DNA of 64,000 nucleotides, from contig JAFLDD010000001.1 of NCBI GenBank assembly GCA_017302575.1, forward strand, positions 713,988-777,987. The letters run 5' to 3'. The notes under the pieces are model-generated. The model was not told the origin of the DNA, did no database searches, and saw only the letters and a list, made by a program, of their open reading frames with translations. A program made the translations under genes and the position numbers. Position 1 is the stretch's first letter; each line of letters starts with the position of its first letter. This document shows, one piece after another, positions 11,199-20,201 of this stretch. The stretch is from Alphaproteobacteria bacterium (GTDB lineage Bacteria > Pseudomonadota > Alphaproteobacteria > Rickettsiales > UBA3002).

Positions 11199-11393
11199 AT
11201 GAATGACGACGTCGTGATCTTGAAGCAGCTCGATGAGCTACGCGAACAGCACCGTAAACTTGATAGTGAAATTTCACAACTCGTGGGTACTGATAACGAG
11301 TTCCGTTTAGCGCAACTCAAGAAGCAGAAGCTTCGCATGCGCGATCAAATTTCCATGCTTGAAATGGAAATGTTCCCCGACCAACCCGCTTAG
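11199..11393 (+). CDS. DUF465 (YdcH-like) small coiled-coil protein
   Basis: About 64 aa from MNDDVVILKQLDELREQHRKLD..LKKQKL.MRD.I. This is the typical DUF465 pattern. The track ORF starts earlier, at 11175. Confidence 0.6.
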   Translation: MNDDVVILKQLDELREQHRKLDSEISQLVGTDNEFRLAQLKKQKLRMRDQISMLEMEMFPDQPA

Positions 11394-11405
11394 GCGTTTT
11401 TTCGT

Positions 11406-12479
11406 TTAATGAATTACGCCTGACTGCTCGACGAATTCACCCGTCACCACTTGGTTGCGGCCTTTTTGCTTAGCCTGACTCATGCGGTGATCGGCAAGCG
11501 AGAGTAGCATGCCTGCGTCTTGCTCTTGGGTTTCACGGCTGGTTGCCACGCCAATCGATAAGGTTAGCTGCACTGGCTGCGAACTATGGCGCGAGGTGAA
11601 ATGATGGCTATTCACGGTGGTGCGAATACGCTCGGCCACCCAATAAGCGCCTTCGATACTTGTATCAGGCAGCACGATAGCGAATTCCTCGCCCGCTACG
11701 CGCGCGGCCATATCGGTTTCACGTAAACAGGAAAGAATAAGTTTCGTGACTTCCTGTAATACGAAATCGCCAAATGGTTCGGTATGCTGTTGATTGAGCG
11801 CGGCGAACTTATCAATATCGATCATCAATAACGCTGCGTCTTTACCGCTACGGCGTGTACGCTTCACTTCGTCTTCGAGTTTGGCGAAGAATTGCTTACG
11901 CAGTGGCAGACCAGTCAGCGCATCGCGACTAACAAGTTCGGTCACTGCTTCTTTGAGTTGTTCTTCGGCATAGATACGGTCGGTGATATCGCGCAGGCTT
12001 CCCACCGAGCCAAGTAGTTTGCCATTCTTATCGTGCCATGGATAGGAAATGTCCGACACCCATATTTTGCGGCCATCCTTAGTGCGCATCAGGTAGTCTG
12101 CTTGCCATTTTTGCACTTCACGATTTTTGCGCATCAGTTCCAAGCCAGCATAGCTTTCCACTTGCTTCACGCCGCCTTCAATAAGGCGTGTTTCGATAAT
12201 GAGCGTGCGCACATTCATGCGCTTCAACTCATCTGGCGTATAACCAAGCAGCTTCGTAGCATTCGGGCTGACGTAGCTATAATGCATGGTTTCATAGTCG
12301 AGGCGATAGACGGTATCCGTTGAATAACTACTCAGAATTTCCAACTCATCTTTGAGCTGTTGAATCGTAACAATATGCTCGATCGCCTGCTTGCCTTTGC
12401 GCCAGCCGCGTTTCGCCTTGTTTTTCCAGAGTCGCTTGATTGCCGAGGTCTTTGTTATTTTTGCTGATTGAGCAGCCAT
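11406..12479 (-). CDS. PAS-domain diguanylate cyclase (GGDEF family, A-site AGEEF, I-site RETD)
   Basis: 357 aa. A PAS-like segment (YRLDYETMHYSYVSPN..W) is followed by a GGDEF domain (DALTGLPLR, LMIDIDKF, RETDMAARVAGEEFAIVL). Confidence 0.85.
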   Translation of the reverse strand: MAAQSAKITKTSAIKRLWKNKAKRGWRKGKQAIEHIVTIQQLKDELEILSSYSTDTVYRLDYETMHYSYVSPNATKLLGYTPDELKRMNVRTLIIETRLIEGGVKQVESYAGLELMRKNREVQKWQADYLMRTKDGRKIWVSDISYPWHDKNGKLLGSVGSLRDITDRIYAEEQLKEAVTELVSRDALTGLPLRKQFFAKLEDEVKRTRRSGKDAALLMIDIDKFAALNQQHTEPFGDFVLQEVTKLILSCLRETDMAARVAGEEFAIVLPDTSIEGAYWVAERIRTTVNSHHFTSRHSSQPVQLTLSIGVATSRETQEQDAGMLLSLADHRMSQAKQKGRNQVVTGEFVEQSGVIH

Positions 12480-12565
12480 ACGGACCTCATATGTTATTAT
12501 TGTTACCTATGAGTCTTAGCAGGTATTTATTAAGAATGCGTAAATGATAGTGCGCTGCAGCGATT

Positions 12566-14398
12566 TTAGCCTAAAAGCTTGGCATTCAAGCGCTTGCTGA
12601 AAGCTGCGATATCACTAACTGGCTCGCCTTCTGCAATGCGCGCCTGGTCTAGCAATAGCCATAAACTATCCTCGTCATGCCCGTCTGCCAGCTTCTGAAT
12701 CAGTGGGTGGTTGGGGTTCACTTCAAGGATTTTAGGCATGCGTCTTGGCAATTGGTTATGCTCGGCCAAGAAGCGTTCCATGCGCATGTCCATATCGCCT
12801 TCACCTATCGCTAAACACACAGAGCTATCGGCCAAGCGTTGGGTGGTGCGCACATCACGCACTTCCTCGCCATATAATTTCTTCATTGCATCTATCAATG
12901 ACTGTACGGATGGTGAATCTTGGTTAGCTTCTGCTTTGCTTTCAAAATCCTTGCCTGCACGTAACACTGATTTGAACGGAGTCTCACCGTATTTCAGGGT
13001 TACGTTCGTCCAGAAGTCATCGACATGGTCGGTGAGCAGCAGCACCTCGATGCCACGTTGCTTGAAGCCCTCGATTTGTGGGCTGTTTTGCAGGGCTTTC
13101 AGCGAATCACCCGTGATGTAGTAAATTGCCTCTTGGTCAGATTTCATGCGCGATTTGTACTCGGTCAGCGATGTCATGGCATCACCATGCGTGGAGTGGA
13201 ACCTGCACGCATCGAGAATTTTATCGCGTGGCTCGGTAGCTTCGCACAAACCCTCTTTCAGTACGGGGCCAAAGTTGCTCCAGAACTTTGCGTATTCTTC
13301 GGGTTCTTTTTCTGCGCGCTTTTTCAGATCGGCAAGCACGCGTGAGGTAATGGATTCACGAATCTTAGTGAGCACCGCATTCTTTTGTAGCGTTTCACGA
13401 CTGATGTTCAGTGGTAGGTCTGACGAGTCGATCACACCACGCAAAAAACGCATATAAGCTGGAACAAGGTCGACGCCTTCGTCGGTAATGAATACGCGCT
13501 TTACGTAAAGCTTCACGCGGCGCTTGCGCTCGGGGTGGAACAGATCAAACGGCTTCATGCCTGGGATGAACAGTAGGTTGGTGTACTCCACCTTTCCTTC
13601 TGCTTTATTGTGCAACACCATCCATGGCTTTTCTGGGCTATGGGCGATATGGCGATAAAATTCCTGATACTGCTCTTCCGTCACATCGCTTTTATTGCGC
13701 GTCCAAATCGCTGAGCCGTCATTGAGGGTTTGGGTCACCCCCTCCTCGTCTGTCAGGCTTATGGGGAAGGACACATGATCGGAATAGGTTTTAGTGATAA
13801 AGCTGAGCTTATGCTTATCGAGATATTCTTTTGCGTCGTCCTTCAGATACAGCGTAATAGTCGTACCGCGTGGACGCGATGCCGCAGGAGAAACCGTGTA
13901 GCTGCCTGCCCCTTCAGATTCCCACCACCACGCGTCTTCTTCACCTGCTTTGCGTGATTCCACGGTGACTTTCTCTGCCACCATGAAGGCAGAATAGAAA
14001 CCCACACCAAATTGGCCGATGAGATTGGTGTCCTTGTTTTTTTCAATCTGCTCGAAGAACTCGCGCGTGCCAGATTTGGCGATGGTGCCGAGATGGGCCA
14101 TCATGTCCTCGCGGTTCATGCCGATGCCGGTATCCTCAATGGTGATAGTCTTAGCTTTGGCATCAAAAGAAAGATGGATTTTCAGATCAGGATTATCCTT
14201 AAGAAGCGCATCATTTTGCGCGGCCTGATAACGTAACTTATCGCACGCATCAGAAGCGTTTGAGATAAGCTCACGCAGGAAGATATCGCGGTTGGTATAC
14301 AGCGCATGGATCATCAAGTGCAGTACGCGCGCTATCTCAGCGTCGAACGTATGAAGCTCTGCGTGTGGTTCGGTGGTCTTTTTTGCTGCTTTTGCCAT
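12566..14398 (-). CDS. htpG: molecular chaperone HtpG (Hsp90)
   Basis: Motifs ELISNASDACDKLRY, IGQFGVGFYS and the Hsp90 middle/C domains. I prefer the start MAKAAKK at 14398 over the track start at 14419. Confidence 0.95.
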   Translation of the reverse strand: MAKAAKKTTEPHAELHTFDAEIARVLHLMIHALYTNRDIFLRELISNASDACDKLRYQAAQNDALLKDNPDLKIHLSFDAKAKTITIEDTGIGMNREDMMAHLGTIAKSGTREFFEQIEKNKDTNLIGQFGVGFYSAFMVAEKVTVESRKAGEEDAWWWESEGAGSYTVSPAASRPRGTTITLYLKDDAKEYLDKHKLSFITKTYSDHVSFPISLTDEEGVTQTLNDGSAIWTRNKSDVTEEQYQEFYRHIAHSPEKPWMVLHNKAEGKVEYTNLLFIPGMKPFDLFHPERKRRVKLYVKRVFITDEGVDLVPAYMRFLRGVIDSSDLPLNISRETLQKNAVLTKIRESITSRVLADLKKRAEKEPEEYAKFWSNFGPVLKEGLCEATEPRDKILDACRFHSTHGDAMTSLTEYKSRMKSDQEAIYYITGDSLKALQNSPQIEGFKQRGIEVLLLTDHVDDFWTNVTLKYGETPFKSVLRAGKDFESKAEANQDSPSVQSLIDAMKKLYGEEVRDVRTTQRLADSSVCLAIGEGDMDMRMERFLAEHNQLPRRMPKILEVNPNHPLIQKLADGHDEDSLWLLLDQARIAEGEPVSDIAAFSKRLNAKLLG

Positions 14399-14420
14399 AG
14401 TCTTACTCCGTCTCTGCACG

Positions 14421-14450
14421 GTATATGGCGCGTTTTTCGACTATTTCAAG
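14421..14450 (-). promoter_or_regulatory. candidate sigma-32 (RpoH) heat-shock promoter of htpG
   Basis: The minus strand reads CCTTGAAA-N16-CCATATAC. The -35 CTTGAA is at 14445-14450 and the -10 at 14421-14428, about 25 nt upstream of the htpG ATG and overlapping the aroC stop. It matches the CTTGAA / CCCCATNT consensus. Confidence 0.5.
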
Positions 14451-15505
14451 GCCTTGAAGCTCAGATAGGCATCCGCCAGAACGCAGGCCATCATCGCTTC
14501 ACCAATCGGCACAGCACGGATGCCCACACATGGGTCATGGCGGCCTTTGGTCATGATGTCGGTATTCTTTCCGCCCTTAGTCACGGTTTCCACGGGTTGC
14601 AGAATCGAACTTGTTGGCTTTACCGCGAAGCGCACGACAATCGGTTGGCCGCTTGAAATACCACCCAAGATGCCACCTGCATGGTTGCTGAGGAATTCAA
14701 CGTTCTTTCCCTTAGCGCGCATACGGTCGGCATTTTCTTCGCCGCGCAATTTAGCGGCTGCGAAACCATCACCAATCTCGACGGCTTTCACGGCGTTGAT
14801 GCTCATCATCGCCTCGGCCAATTTTGCATCGAGCTTATTATAAATGGGGTCGCCCCAGCCTGCGGGCACGCCCTCGGCCACCACTTCAATCACCGCACCG
14901 AGTGAGGAACCGTCTTTACGCGCTTTATCGAGCGACGTTGCCCAGCGCGCTGCCGCCTTCGCATCGGGGCACCAGAAGGGATTTTTGCTGATTTCTTTGA
15001 GATTGATTTTGGAGCGGTCGATACCATCACCACCCATTTCAACCAAGTACCCCGTGATTTTCACGCCCTTGAGAATTTTACGCGCAATCGCACCTGCGGC
15101 AACGCGCATGGCCGTTTCGCGCGCGGAAGAACGCCCGCCGCCACGGTAATCACGAATGCCGTATTTCGCGTCATAGGTAAAATCAGCATGGGCGGGGCGG
15201 AACTTGTCTTTAATGTCGCCATAGTCTTTCGACTTTTGGTCTTGGTTATAAATAATCAGCGAAATCGGCGTGCCCGTGGTTTTACCTTCGAACGTACCGC
15301 TCAAGATTTTTACCTCGTCCGCTTCACGACGTTGCGTAGTGAATTTATTCTGACCGGGTTTGCGTTTATCCAAAAATGGTTGGATGTCTGCTTCGGTGAG
15401 TGAAATCAGCGATGGGCACCCATCCACCACGCAACCAATCGCCTCACCATGAGACTCGCCCCATGTGGTGAAACGAAACAGATTGCCGAATGAATTGGAT
15501 GCCAT
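14441..15505 (-). CDS. aroC: chorismate synthase
   Basis: 354 aa with motifs [18 protein letters not shown] and KGRHDPCV. Confidence 0.95.
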   Translation of the reverse strand: MASNSFGNLFRFTTWGESHGEAIGCVVDGCPSLISLTEADIQPFLDKRKPGQNKFTTQRREADEVKILSGTFEGKTTGTPISLIIYNQDQKSKDYGDIKDKFRPAHADFTYDAKYGIRDYRGGGRSSARETAMRVAAGAIARKILKGVKITGYLVEMGGDGIDRSKINLKEISKNPFWCPDAKAAARWATSLDKARKDGSSLGAVIEVVAEGVPAGWGDPIYNKLDAKLAEAMMSINAVKAVEIGDGFAAAKLRGEENADRMRAKGKNVEFLSNHAGGILGGISSGQPIVVRFAVKPTSSILQPVETVTKGGKNTDIMTKGRHDPCVGIRAVPIGEAMMACVLADAYLSFKALK

Positions 15506-15550
15506 AGCCTTCTGCTATACATGCCCGCTTTACGATATTCAATAGGATAG

Positions 15551-16123
15551 CTAGTGAAAGACGCCCGAAGCCTGCCCTTGCTGGCTTTCGATGAACTTAT
15601 GACACATATCGATAATATCCACGAAGTATTCAGTATAACCACTTAAATCATGCCCCGTACGTCGTTCAATGCGCTGAACATCTTCCAACATTTTTTCTGC
15701 AGAGATAATAATACGCGGCAAATTTTCGGCAATACTGCGTGGGTTATCCAAATATAATTTACAGCCCAGCGCAAAACTTTGCGCGACATGCAATGTATTG
15801 TGGTTGATATCGGCCGCATCAATTACATCTTTTGGTATTTGCGGTGGGTAATCATGGGCTTCGCGTTCGAGATTGATGCGATATATTTTTTCGGCTGGGC
15901 CACCTAAAATCCAATCCTTGTCATCTGCTTTACTGCTGGTACTCACGCAATAGCCCAATTGATGTAGAGGAGTGAGATCATACGCCTCATTGATAGCGCC
16001 AAGCGTTTCATTCATATCACGTAGTTTTTTGCGAAGCTCAGTACGAAATTGTAGATCTGGATTTCCAAACGATTGGGTATCCTGCAAATCAACATCCGTG
16101 ACTGAGGTTTTCTTTTTAACCAT
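15551..16123 (-). CDS. hypothetical protein (orphan, soluble)
   Basis: 190 aa ORF with no TM segment, signal peptide or recognised motif. It looks AT-richer than its neighbours by eye and is wedged between aroC and fabI. Confidence 0.6.
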   Translation of the reverse strand: MVKKKTSVTDVDLQDTQSFGNPDLQFRTELRKKLRDMNETLGAINEAYDLTPLHQLGYCVSTSSKADDKDWILGGPAEKIYRINLEREAHDYPPQIPKDVIDAADINHNTLHVAQSFALGCKLYLDNPRSIAENLPRIIISAEKMLEDVQRIERRTGHDLSGYTEYFVDIIDMCHKFIESQQGQASGVFH

Positions 16124-16164
16124 GGGGTTTCCTTGTATTGCCTACGAAAGCTAACAAGACTTGG

Positions 16165-16179
16165 TTAACACTAGGTTAA
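16165..16179 (-). promoter_or_regulatory. CtrA-box-like site TTAA-N7-TTAAC
   Basis: The plus strand reads GTTAACACTAGGTTAA, which on the minus strand is TTAACCTAGTGTTAAC. It lies about 42-56 nt upstream of the start of ORF 15551-16123. About one such match is expected by chance in 64 kb. Confidence 0.3.
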
Positions 16180-16193
16180 TAACGAGAAAAACG

Positions 16194-17024
16194 CTACACC
16201 AACGCAATATCTGGTGCGTCGATAGCTTTCATGCCAACCACATGGTAGCCGCTATCAACATGCAGATTCTCGCCCGTTGTGCCTGCACCCAAGTCGGACA
16301 GCAGATAGAGGCCCGCACCGCCCACGTCTTCAATCGTGGTGTTGCGCTTGAGCGGTGAGTTAAGCTCATTCCATTTCAGGATGTAGCGGAAATCGCCAAT
16401 ACCCATAGCAGCCAAGGTTTTTACAGGGCCCGCAGAAATCGAATTGACGCGAATGTTATATTCACCCAGATCCACCGCCAGATATTTCACCGAGGTTTCA
16501 AGTGCGGCTTTGCATAAGCCCATCACGTTATAATGCGGCACCACGCGCTCAGCGCCCAGATAGGTAAGCGTGAGGAGTGAGCCACCATTTTTCATGAGTG
16601 GATAGGCGCGCTTGCAGACAGCCGTGAAGCTATAGACCGATACGTTCATCGAGTTGAGGAAGTTCGGCAAGCTGGTGTCTACGTATTTGCCTTTGAGCTC
16701 GTTCTTGTCGGAAAAGCCAATCGCATGCACCACAAAGTCCAGCGATCCCCAGTCCTTTTCCAAGGTGTTAAATGCTGCGTCGATACTTGCTGCATCCGTG
16801 ACATCGCATGGCAGAATATGCTTGCTGCCAACGGATTCCGCCAATGGGCGAACGCGTTTTTCAAGTGCTTCACCTTGATAGGTGAAGGCGATCTCAGCGC
16901 CTTGGGCAGCGAGATATTGGGTAATGCCCCATGCTAGTGATTTGTCATTGGCGACGCCCATAATCAGGCCGCGCTTACCCTTCATGAGGGCACCTTGTGG
17001 AATCTGCACTTCTTTCTCGGTCAT
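16194..17024 (-). CDS. fabI: enoyl-ACP reductase (NADH) FabI
   Basis: 276 aa SDR-type protein with motifs GKRGLIMGVANDKSLAWG and the Y..M...K active site (HYNVMGLCKAALE). The true start may be the internal MKGKRG. Confidence 0.92.
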   Translation of the reverse strand: MTEKEVQIPQGALMKGKRGLIMGVANDKSLAWGITQYLAAQGAEIAFTYQGEALEKRVRPLAESVGSKHILPCDVTDAASIDAAFNTLEKDWGSLDFVVHAIGFSDKNELKGKYVDTSLPNFLNSMNVSVYSFTAVCKRAYPLMKNGGSLLTLTYLGAERVVPHYNVMGLCKAALETSVKYLAVDLGEYNIRVNSISAGPVKTLAAMGIGDFRYILKWNELNSPLKRNTTIEDVGGAGLYLLSDLGAGTTGENLHVDSGYHVVGMKAIDAPDIALV

Positions 17025-17044
17025 ATTCTGTCTCTCGTGGTCAT

Positions 17045-17110
17045 AAAAAAAGAACCCCCATCCGATACCACCTCTTTTTTGAAATGAGAAGTGCGGATGA
17101 GGGTTTTTTT
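17045..17110 (-). terminator. long imperfect hairpin flanked by A7/T7 (bidirectional intrinsic terminator)
   Basis: Sequence AAAAAAAGAA-CCCCCATCCG..CACCTCT-loop-AGAAGTG-CGGATGAGGG-TTTTTTT. It lies between the lipoprotein gene stop (17133) and the fabI start (17024). Confidence 0.6.
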
Positions 17111-17132
17111 CGTTATTTTTGAATCCCTCAGG

Positions 17133-17648
17133 CTATTGGGTCACTTTCCATGAGCCATCAGGCTGGCGGCAGGCCGTACCATAGGCTTGCTCAGTCTTGC
17201 CACCCACATTGATGGTCTGGTTGAATTCACGGCAATAGCTGCCTTCCGCCGTCTGGTAGTAGTTTGACGGGGTGAAGCTACCTGAATTACCCGACTCTGG
17301 GTTGTTCCATGGCAGTGTCTGACCAGCAGGTGCTGTCTCAAGCGCTTGCTGCTGTGTCTTGTTGTAGTAGCTCATGTCCGCACGGTCGAGCGATGCGCCA
17401 ATTTCGTGACCTACACCTGCACCAAGCAGTGTACCGATTGCGATTGCTGCGGTACGACCGCTACCGCCACCGATTTTCGAACCAATCACTGCGCCTGCAA
17501 CTGCGCCACCTACGGTGCCCACATCACTTTTCGTGATGCCACCACCACCCATTACGCCACCTTGGCGTGCATTTTCTGCATTCTGTGCGCCGCACGCTGT
17601 CAGCATGATTGCTACGGTACTTAACGCCACGATTTGTTTCATACGCAT
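17133..17648 (-). CDS. 17-kDa surface antigen-type outer-membrane lipoprotein (glycine-zipper)
   Basis: It has a lipobox (LTAC), a Gly-zipper (GGAVAGAVIGSKIGGG...GTLLGAGVG) and a C-terminal YCREF...GTACRQPDGSWKV module. GGAG lies 8 nt before ATG 17648. The track ORF extends to 17693. Confidence 0.75.
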   Translation of the reverse strand: MRMKQIVALSTVAIMLTACGAQNAENARQGGVMGGGGITKSDVGTVGGAVAGAVIGSKIGGGSGRTAAIAIGTLLGAGVGHEIGASLDRADMSYYNKTQQQALETAPAGQTLPWNNPESGNSGSFTPSNYYQTAEGSYCREFNQTINVGGKTEQAYGTACRQPDGSWKVTQ

Positions 17649-17715
17649 TCGTAAATCTCCTGTTGTAAATGCCACGCAGCTTCTACTCTGCATTCGTTAT
17701 ACGCGCAAGTATGTG

Positions 17716-19053
17716 TTACCCCTGCGCACGGGTCGAACGCCATACCACCACGACGAACATTAACCCCCCGATAATCGCCAATAATCCGCCTAAACCCATG
17801 ACTCCCAGCGCGATTTTGACTTCAGGTGCGTAGGTCTGCCCTGCGGCTGCCGTTTTGCGCAACACACCGTATCCACCTGAATAGGCGAGGCCGCCAATGT
17901 GCATAACCTGCCCTACCCCATATAAAATAGGCTGCCAGAACGCACTACGCCAGCTCGTCACAGCGCGACAACCAAAACGTGGTAGCAATGCATAGGCATA
18001 GCCCATGAGCGCTAAGGTTACGCCGACGATTGCGCCATGATAATGCGCAGGAATGGTGACGTTCTGCCCTTGAATCATTAAGCCTAACAATCCACCCGCC
18101 GCAAATAGCGCCATCGACGTAATAAGCGCCGAGGCACAGGCACGATACTCACGCGTTGCACCCCAGTGGCGCACTAAACCCCAAAGCAGCGCTACGAACA
18201 GAATACTTGGAGCAACGCCGCCCCATTCGATCATGATATCGGTGAAGTGATTGATGAACGCCTGATCGTCGATAGTGTATTGGGTGAACGCGTAGAGCGG
18301 CACCATCGCCGCGCCGAGCGAAAGCAACCAAAGCACCATCAGCACCCACGCAGGCGCGACAGGACGTGCGATGACTTTCTTAGCAAGCGCTAGCCATGCC
18401 AACATCATCACCATTGTGTAAGCGAATTGCAGCGTATGGCCACCAGCCCAGAAGAGCAGCTCGAAGAAGTGCTGGTGGGTTTGGCCTGCGGGCATAGCTT
18501 CGCCGCTTAAGTAGAACATGCACAGCGCTACCAGCAGGATGATGGCAATGGTGACCCAGCCCATATCAACGGCAGTGTTGCCGTGCTTGGTGTGTGACGC
18601 AAATTCACGCCCCAGCGCGACAATAATTAGGTGTACGCTGACAAGCAAGATTGCGGCAGCAATCAACGCGAGGCCAAGGAAGAAGAATCCATTAAATAAT
18701 ACGGGAATATAATTGCTCTTGATGACTTCCCACTCACCCGTGAGGGGTGAGATTGTCATACAGAATGTGCCTATTGCCATGCACCACCAACTGGCGGGCG
18801 CAATCACGGGCAAGGGTTCGCGTTGGTAGGTTTGAATGAACATCGCCATACCCACGCACATGACAGCAAGGAACCATACTAGTACCGAGAGATCAACATG
18901 CACCACCAGTGCTACCGAGAAGAGGTCTTTGAAGGCAGCAAGCTGAGGCGTGCGCGCGATTACCAGAACGAGTGAGAACAAACCCGCAATAGCAAGTGCT
19001 GTAACACCAAGCATGAGCCATCGTTTCGGCCAGTGATACGGAGTGTTTTGCAT
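17716..19053 (-). CDS. polytopic (about 12 TM) membrane protein, possibly a distant heme-copper-oxidase subunit I-like protein
   Basis: 445 aa. Candidate ligand positions are His in TM2 (VVHVDLS), FWAGGHTLQFAY (compare W..GHPEVY of helix VI) and PAHYHGAIVG (compare the H-x-H of helix X). The canonical HH CuB pair was not found. It is divergent from ctaA with a 49-bp gap. Confidence 0.35.
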   Translation of the reverse strand: MQNTPYHWPKRWLMLGVTALAIAGLFSLVLVIARTPQLAAFKDLFSVALVVHVDLSVLVWFLAVMCVGMAMFIQTYQREPLPVIAPASWWCMAIGTFCMTISPLTGEWEVIKSNYIPVLFNGFFFLGLALIAAAILLVSVHLIIVALGREFASHTKHGNTAVDMGWVTIAIILLVALCMFYLSGEAMPAGQTHQHFFELLFWAGGHTLQFAYTMVMMLAWLALAKKVIARPVAPAWVLMVLWLLSLGAAMVPLYAFTQYTIDDQAFINHFTDIMIEWGGVAPSILFVALLWGLVRHWGATREYRACASALITSMALFAAGGLLGLMIQGQNVTIPAHYHGAIVGVTLALMGYAYALLPRFGCRAVTSWRSAFWQPILYGVGQVMHIGGLAYSGGYGVLRKTAAAGQTYAPEVKIALGVMGLGGLLAIIGGLMFVVVVWRSTRAQG

Positions 19054-19102
19054 AGATTCTCCTCTTGCGCGGCACCTTAGAGCGTTCTATGGGACAGTCA
19101 AC

Positions 19103-20125
19103 ATGCAACCACTCCCAATCCACCTCCCTTCTATTTCACGCTGGCTGATTGCTTGCATGGCCATGGTCGTGTTGATGGTTCTGATTGGTGGCGTAACGCG
19201 GCTTACCGAATCGGGTTTGTCGATTGTCGAATGGAAGCCCATCACGGGCATTCTTCCGCCGCTAAGCAAAGATGCATGGCAACGCGAATTCACCGAATAC
19301 CAATCCAGCCCTGAATTCATTCACAAGAATGCACATTTCACGGTGGAAGATTTCAAAGGCATTTTCTGGCTAGAATATATTCACCGTGTCGCTGGGCGCA
19401 TTACGGGTTTGGTGTTTCTGCTGCCGTGGATTTATTTTGCAACCAAACGCATGCTGCCCGCACCACTCTTAAAACGCATGGCAATTGCAGGGATTTTGGT
19501 GGCCGCACAAGGCACCGTTGGTTGGATTATGGTGGCAAGCGGCCTTGAAAACCAGCCACGCGTCGCGCCTATTAAACTTGGCATTCATCTCACACTCGCC
19601 TTTAGTATTTTTGCTTATGTCTATTGGACATGGCTGCAGATTCATGGTCAGCCTCGGCATTCCTCGCATCGTGGCGCGGCGATTGCGGCACGCGCACTGC
19701 TTTTTCTCACCGCTATCCAGATCTTCCTCGGTGCGTTAGTGGCGGGGCTTGATGCTGGTTTGATCTACAATACCTATCCTTTGATGGACGGTAAATTAGT
19801 GCCCAACGGCATTGCACTACTAGAGCCATGGTGGCTCAATCACCTTGAGCATGTGCCCATGGTACAGTTCCAACACCGCATGGCGGCAGTTGTATTAGTC
19901 ATCGCTACATTTGCCTTCATGTATTACGCCTATCCGCGCATGCACATTATGGAGCGCGAGCGGCTCAAAAACTTAATGTGGGTGCTGTTATTACAGTTCG
20001 CTTTAGGCATTTATACGCTTATTTCTGTGGTGAATATCTGGCTTGCCAGCCTCCACCAACTCAATGCACTGTTGCTGATTGCCGTATTGGTGCGCATTAT
20101 CTATGCGCTGCCACTGAAAAAATAA
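19103..20125 (+). CDS. ctaA: heme A synthase (COX15/CtaA)
   Basis: An 8-TM protein with motifs TRLTESGLSIVEWKP, EYIHR, LEHVPMVQFQHR and conserved His pairs. I prefer ATG 19103 (MQPLPI) over the track start at 19043. Confidence 0.85.
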   Translation: MQPLPIHLPSISRWLIACMAMVVLMVLIGGVTRLTESGLSIVEWKPITGILPPLSKDAWQREFTEYQSSPEFIHKNAHFTVEDFKGIFWLEYIHRVAGRITGLVFLLPWIYFATKRMLPAPLLKRMAIAGILVAAQGTVGWIMVASGLENQPRVAPIKLGIHLTLAFSIFAYVYWTWLQIHGQPRHSSHRGAAIAARALLFLTAIQIFLGALVAGLDAGLIYNTYPLMDGKLVPNGIALLEPWWLNHLEHVPMVQFQHRMAAVVLVIATFAFMYYAYPRMHIMERERLKNLMWVLLLQFALGIYTLISVVNIWLASLHQLNALLLIAVLVRIIYALPLKK

Positions 20126-20201
20126 CGCTTTATTCTTGCTCGTAAGGGCGACTTGACTTAGGACAAGTACAACAAGAAAAAACGTCACTAATACGGAATT
20201 G

